Shown: piece after piece, positions 60,543-62,875 of the stretch
Layout: each line of letters opens with the position of its first letter
Position numbering within the stretch: the stretch's first letter is position 1
Origin: a virus
IMG/VR virus record: IMGVR_UViG_3300030739_000001
Strand: one strand, 5' to 3'
Length of the DNA stretch: 62,875 nucleotides
Translations under genes and position numbers: made by a program
Notes under the pieces: model-generated
The model's database searches: none
Seen by the model: only the letters and a program-made list of their open reading frames with translations
Told to the model about the DNA's origin: nothing

Positions 60543-61609
60543 TACTTCGTCCCCCACAGTTCGTAGGAGAGGCCCGCACCGGTCGGGTCGACCTGCACCA
60601 GGGAGCAGCGGGCAGTACCCGTGGTGGCGCGCTCGTCAACGATCGAGGCGGATCCGGCCGTCGTGAACGCGCCGCTGATCGGCATGCCGAAGCCGATCTT
60701 GAGCCCGGTGTTGATCGTGAGTACGGGCGTGCCGGTGCAGATGAGCGGCTGGCCGTCCAGGGAGTTGGAGAGCGTCGTCGGGCCGCTGATGCCGATCGGC
60801 AACCCGCTGATCGTCCACTCGGCGCCATCGCAGGAGTAGACGGCGTAGGGGGCTGCGGAGCCGACGAGCGCGCGCTGGCCGGCGTTGGTCGACGGCGGAT
60901 AGGTGCTGTTCAGGTTCGCTGCGGTGACGGGGCCGAGGGCCGGGGCGCCGGCCGGGCCGGTGGCACCCGTGGCGCCAGTCGGGCCGGTGGCACCCGTGGC
61001 GCCAGTCGCGCCTGTGGCACCCGTGGGCCCTGCGACACCCTGCGCGCCTGTGGCACCCGTGGGGCCTGCGACGCCTTGCGGGCCGGTCGCGCCCGTGGGC
61101 CCTGCGGGGCCAGTTGGGCCTGCGACGCCTTGCGGGCCGGTCGCGCCCGTGGGGCCTGCGGGGCCAGTTGGGCCTGCGGGGCCGGTGCTCGTCGTCCACG
61201 AGGCGCCGTTGCTGGCGTAGGCCGTGTACGGGGTGCCCGAACCGACCAGCGCCTGGGCGCCCGGGTAGGCCGCCGCGGGATACGCCGCCTGCAGCAGCGC
61301 GGTGTTCGCGAAGATGCCGACGGTGACCACGTCCACGTCCCAGCTCGCGCCGTCGCTCACGTAGACCGCGTAGGGCACCGCGGTGCCGATCAGCGCGTGA
61401 TGGCCTGCGCTCGCCGCGGCCGGGAAAGCCGCCTGCAGCAGCGCGGTGTTCGCGAAGGTGCCGACGACCGGCGAACCTCCGCCACCGCCGAACGTGGTGA
61501 TGCCCGCGGGGGTCTGGATGCCCGTGGCCAGCCCGGTGGCGGAATCCCCCAGGACGTAGATGCGGCCCCCGAGTTCGGACCCGAAAGCCAGCAGTTCGGT
61601 GGTGCTCAT
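60542..61609 (-). CDS. Collagen-like tail fibre
   Basis: 355 aa with about 30 Gly-X-Y triplets ([19 protein letters not shown]..) and three [18 protein letters not shown] repeats. Confidence 0.75.
   Translation of the reverse strand: MSTTELLAFGSELGGRIYVLGDSATGLATGIQTPAGITTFGGGGGSPVVGTFANTALLQAAFPAAASAGHHALIGTAVPYAVYVSDGASWDVDVVTVGIFANTALLQAAYPAAAYPGAQALVGSGTPYTAYASNGASWTTSTGPAGPTGPAGPTGATGPQGVAGPTGPAGPTGATGPQGVAGPTGATGAQGVAGPTGATGATGATGATGPTGATGATGPAGAPALGPVTAANLNSTYPPSTNAGQRALVGSAAPYAVYSCDGAEWTISGLPIGISGPTTLSNSLDGQPLICTGTPVLTINTGLKIGFGMPISGAFTTAGSASIVDERATTGTARCSLVQVDPTGAGLSYELWGTK
61062..61169 (-). repeat. Tandem 54-bp repeat (2 copies, 1 mismatch) within the collagen-like tract
   Basis: gggcctgcgacgccttgcgggccggtcgcgcccgtggg(c/g)cctgcggggccagtt occurs twice. 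Confidence 0.8.
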
Positions 61610-61635
61610 GTGTCAACCTCGATTAATTTAGCGCA

Positions 61636-61664
61636 GTCTATTCTGTTCGTTGCAACGAAGCAAC
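61636..61664 (-). promoter_or_regulatory. Promoter-like element GTTGCT-N17-ATAGAC upstream of the fibre gene
   Basis: The minus strand reads aGTTGCTTCGTTGCAACGAACAGAATAGACtgc. Confidence 0.5.
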
Positions 61665-61665
61665 T

Positions 61666-62268
61666 TCACCAACTGACGGCGCGCACTGCCGCCGTGGTCG
61701 TCGCGGCGCGCACTGCGTTCTTGAGGGTCTGCAGCTTGGCGAAAGCCGGCGCACCCTGCGCGATGAACGCGGCGGCCAGTCCTCCCACGTCGGCATAGGT
61801 GAACGGCACCTGCGTGTTGTCCGCGCTCAGCCAGTAGAAGCCCGGCGACGTTGCCTGCGCGGCCTGGAAGCCGAGCATGGCGCTCGTGAGGTTGGCGATG
61901 CTCCCGGCGTCGGCCTGGTACGTCTTGGCTACTCCCGCCGCCGTGGTGAACGGCACCGGCTGCGCGATAGCGGTCTGGTACGCCGCGGTCAGCGCGTCGA
62001 TCTGCTGCGCCTGCGCGTCGGCCAAGGTTCGGGCATCCTGCCACGCCATCTCGGTGTTGTCCCACGTGCAGTCGTAGGCGGGGCGCGCCGCCTTGGCTGC
62101 CGCCTGGGCCGCGGTGTACGGGGTCAAGGCACCCGACAGGACGTAGTGCGTGCCATTGGCCGCGTCCACGTCTTCCATCAGCGTGCCCATCCCGCGGGCG
62201 TCCGGGACGCTGCATTCGCCGCTGACGAAGATCTCGCCGCTGGCCGGGTCGTAGACGATGTACTTCAT
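61666..62268 (-). CDS. Tail fibre assembly / DUF4376-like protein
   Basis: 200 aa. Reads MKYIVYDPASGEIF..QQIDALTAAYQTAI.., in an ATGA overlap with the gpJ-like stop. Confidence 0.6.
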   Translation of the reverse strand: MKYIVYDPASGEIFVSGECSVPDARGMGTLMEDVDAANGTHYVLSGALTPYTAAQAAAKAARPAYDCTWDNTEMAWQDARTLADAQAQQIDALTAAYQTAIAQPVPFTTAAGVAKTYQADAGSIANLTSAMLGFQAAQATSPGFYWLSADNTQVPFTYADVGGLAAAFIAQGAPAFAKLQTLKNAVRAATTTAAVRAVSW

Positions 62269-62875
62269 GCGATGAACTCCCGAATTTTCATTTGGCCGCT
62301 GGTGGTCAGCGAGTTGCCGGTGACGCTCGTGGAGCCGCCGCTAGAGGTGAAATAGAGCGCCTCGACGCTCACCGAGAACGTGTGGGCCCCCGCGGACAGC
62401 GTGCCGCCCGGGATGAGCAACGTCAGGTCGAAGTTGTTTGACACCGACCAGTTGTAGGCCGAGCCGCCGATCTTCACGTTGCTGAGCGTGCCCACGATGA
62501 TCGGCGCCGGGTTGGTCGTGGAATTGAACAGGCTGACGCCATCCGCGTACAGGTTCAGGATGAAGTCGTATGCAACGTTGCTGCCGATGTTGAGGAACGC
62601 GTTGATGTTGCACACGAGCAGCAGGTCGCCGCCGCCGACGGTGTACGTGAAGCCTGTGATGGCCCCGCTATAGATCGACCCCGCGCTGCCGGTAATCGTC
62701 GTCGTCGAATTCAGGTTGGCGCTGACTGTGCCCTTGGTGGCGGTGCCCACGGTGAGCGTGCCGCTGAAGGTGGCGTTGCCGTTGATCGTGAGCGCGCCCG
62801 CCGTCGTCACCGACATGGCGGTGGACGACATTGAGCCGTCTGCGTTGAACTCCCAGTAGCCTCCCGTGTTGACGT
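62265..62875 (-). CDS. 3' end of the wrapped gpJ-like host-specificity gene; not an independent gene
   Basis: The frame stays open upstream of the track Met at 62831 (..GYWEFNADGSMSSTAMSVTT..). It continues at base 127 and below through the terminal overlap. Confidence 0.85.
   Translation of the reverse strand, partial: VNTGGYWEFNADGSMSSTAMSVTTAGALTINGNATFSGTLTVGTATKGTVSANLNSTTTITGSAGSIYSGAITGFTYTVGGGDLLLVCNINAFLNIGSNVAYDFILNLYADGVSLFNSTTNPAPIIVGTLSNVKIGGSAYNWSVSNNFDLTLLIPGGTLSAGAHTFSVSVEALYFTSSGGSTSVTGNSLTTSGQMKIREFIA
62749..62875. repeat. Terminal direct repeat, right copy of 1-127
   Basis: Identical by eye, base for base. Confidence 0.9.

Larger units (their letters stand above)
1..62875. 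mobile_element. Complete circularly permuted temperate siphovirus genome or excised prophage, unit length 62,748 bp
   Basis: Full HK97/lambda-like structural, replication, lysis and integration modules are present. The two ends overlap by 127 bp. Integrase and attP are present. Confidence 0.85.

Noticed and set aside
60930-61200. A CRISPR-like or other regularly spaced repeat array.
   Set aside because: The repeats are contiguous 9-, 27- and 54-bp coding repeats for Gly-X-Y triplets. There are no spacers.
62265-62831. A stand-alone 188-aa tail-fibre gene, as listed in the track.
   Set aside because: The frame is open upstream of the Met and continues through the terminal overlap into 1..4316. 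This ORF is the C-terminus of the wrapped gpJ-like gene.
62265-62875. A diversity-generating retroelement (VR/TR) at the fibre C-terminus.
   Set aside because: No reverse transcriptase gene is present anywhere in the genome. The only long repeat of this segment is the assembly overlap.

Overview
The window is one complete, circularly permuted genome of about 62.75 kb. It is a temperate HK97/lambda-like siphovirus or an excised prophage, about 65% GC. The host is probably a high-GC Gram-negative such as a beta-proteobacterium, but that is inference only. Bases 1-127 repeat exactly at 62749-62875, which looks like a k=127 assembler overlap. The molecule therefore closes inside its largest gene, a 1599-aa gpJ-like host-specificity protein that the ORF track misses because the ORF runs off the window edge. 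Layout: (i) Minus strand, 62831 through the wrap to 20472: tail tip, tape measure, G/GT chaperone with a GGGAAAC -1 frameshift, tail tube, connectors, HK97-type capsid, S49 protease, portal, TerL, HNH and TerS. (ii) 20.5-24.5 kb: a lower-GC plus-strand island of about 10 small genes. It is bracketed by GGCAAATTGCC operator-like clusters and followed by an iteron plus TA-palindrome origin-like region. (iii) 24.5-39.2 kb, minus strand: AEP-primase/SF3-helicase, HNH, C5-MTase, a TetR-like regulator, about 17 translationally coupled small ORFs, VRR-NUC, RdgC, a DUF5664-type fusion and an SF2 helicase. (iv) 39.3-52.7 kb, plus strand: DUF2800-like nuclease, small ORFs, SPPY MTase, SSB-like protein, an MTase-like protein, a SLOG(DUF2493)-PolA fusion, an HTH regulator and an Xis-like protein. 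(v) 52.7-54.15 kb: tyrosine integrase plus attP, which is the 3' 48 nt of tRNA-Cys. (vi) 54.2-62.3 kb, minus strand: lipoprotein moron, HNH, HTH-metallophosphoesterase, GNAT, class-3-lipase-like protein, lysis genes, SGNH esterase, collagen-like fibre and fibre assembly protein. The most striking non-coding signal is an AT-rich box, (C)TTCGTTAAAT, whose full palindrome is CTTCGTTATAACGAAG. At least 20 copies sit in almost every intergenic gap, usually between a TTGAC-like -35 and a TAGAGT/TAGACT -10. This looks like a phage-wide promoter/operator regulon. All family names come from motif recognition by eye; no searches were run. Most long Arg-rich ORFs in the track are GC-driven shadow frames.
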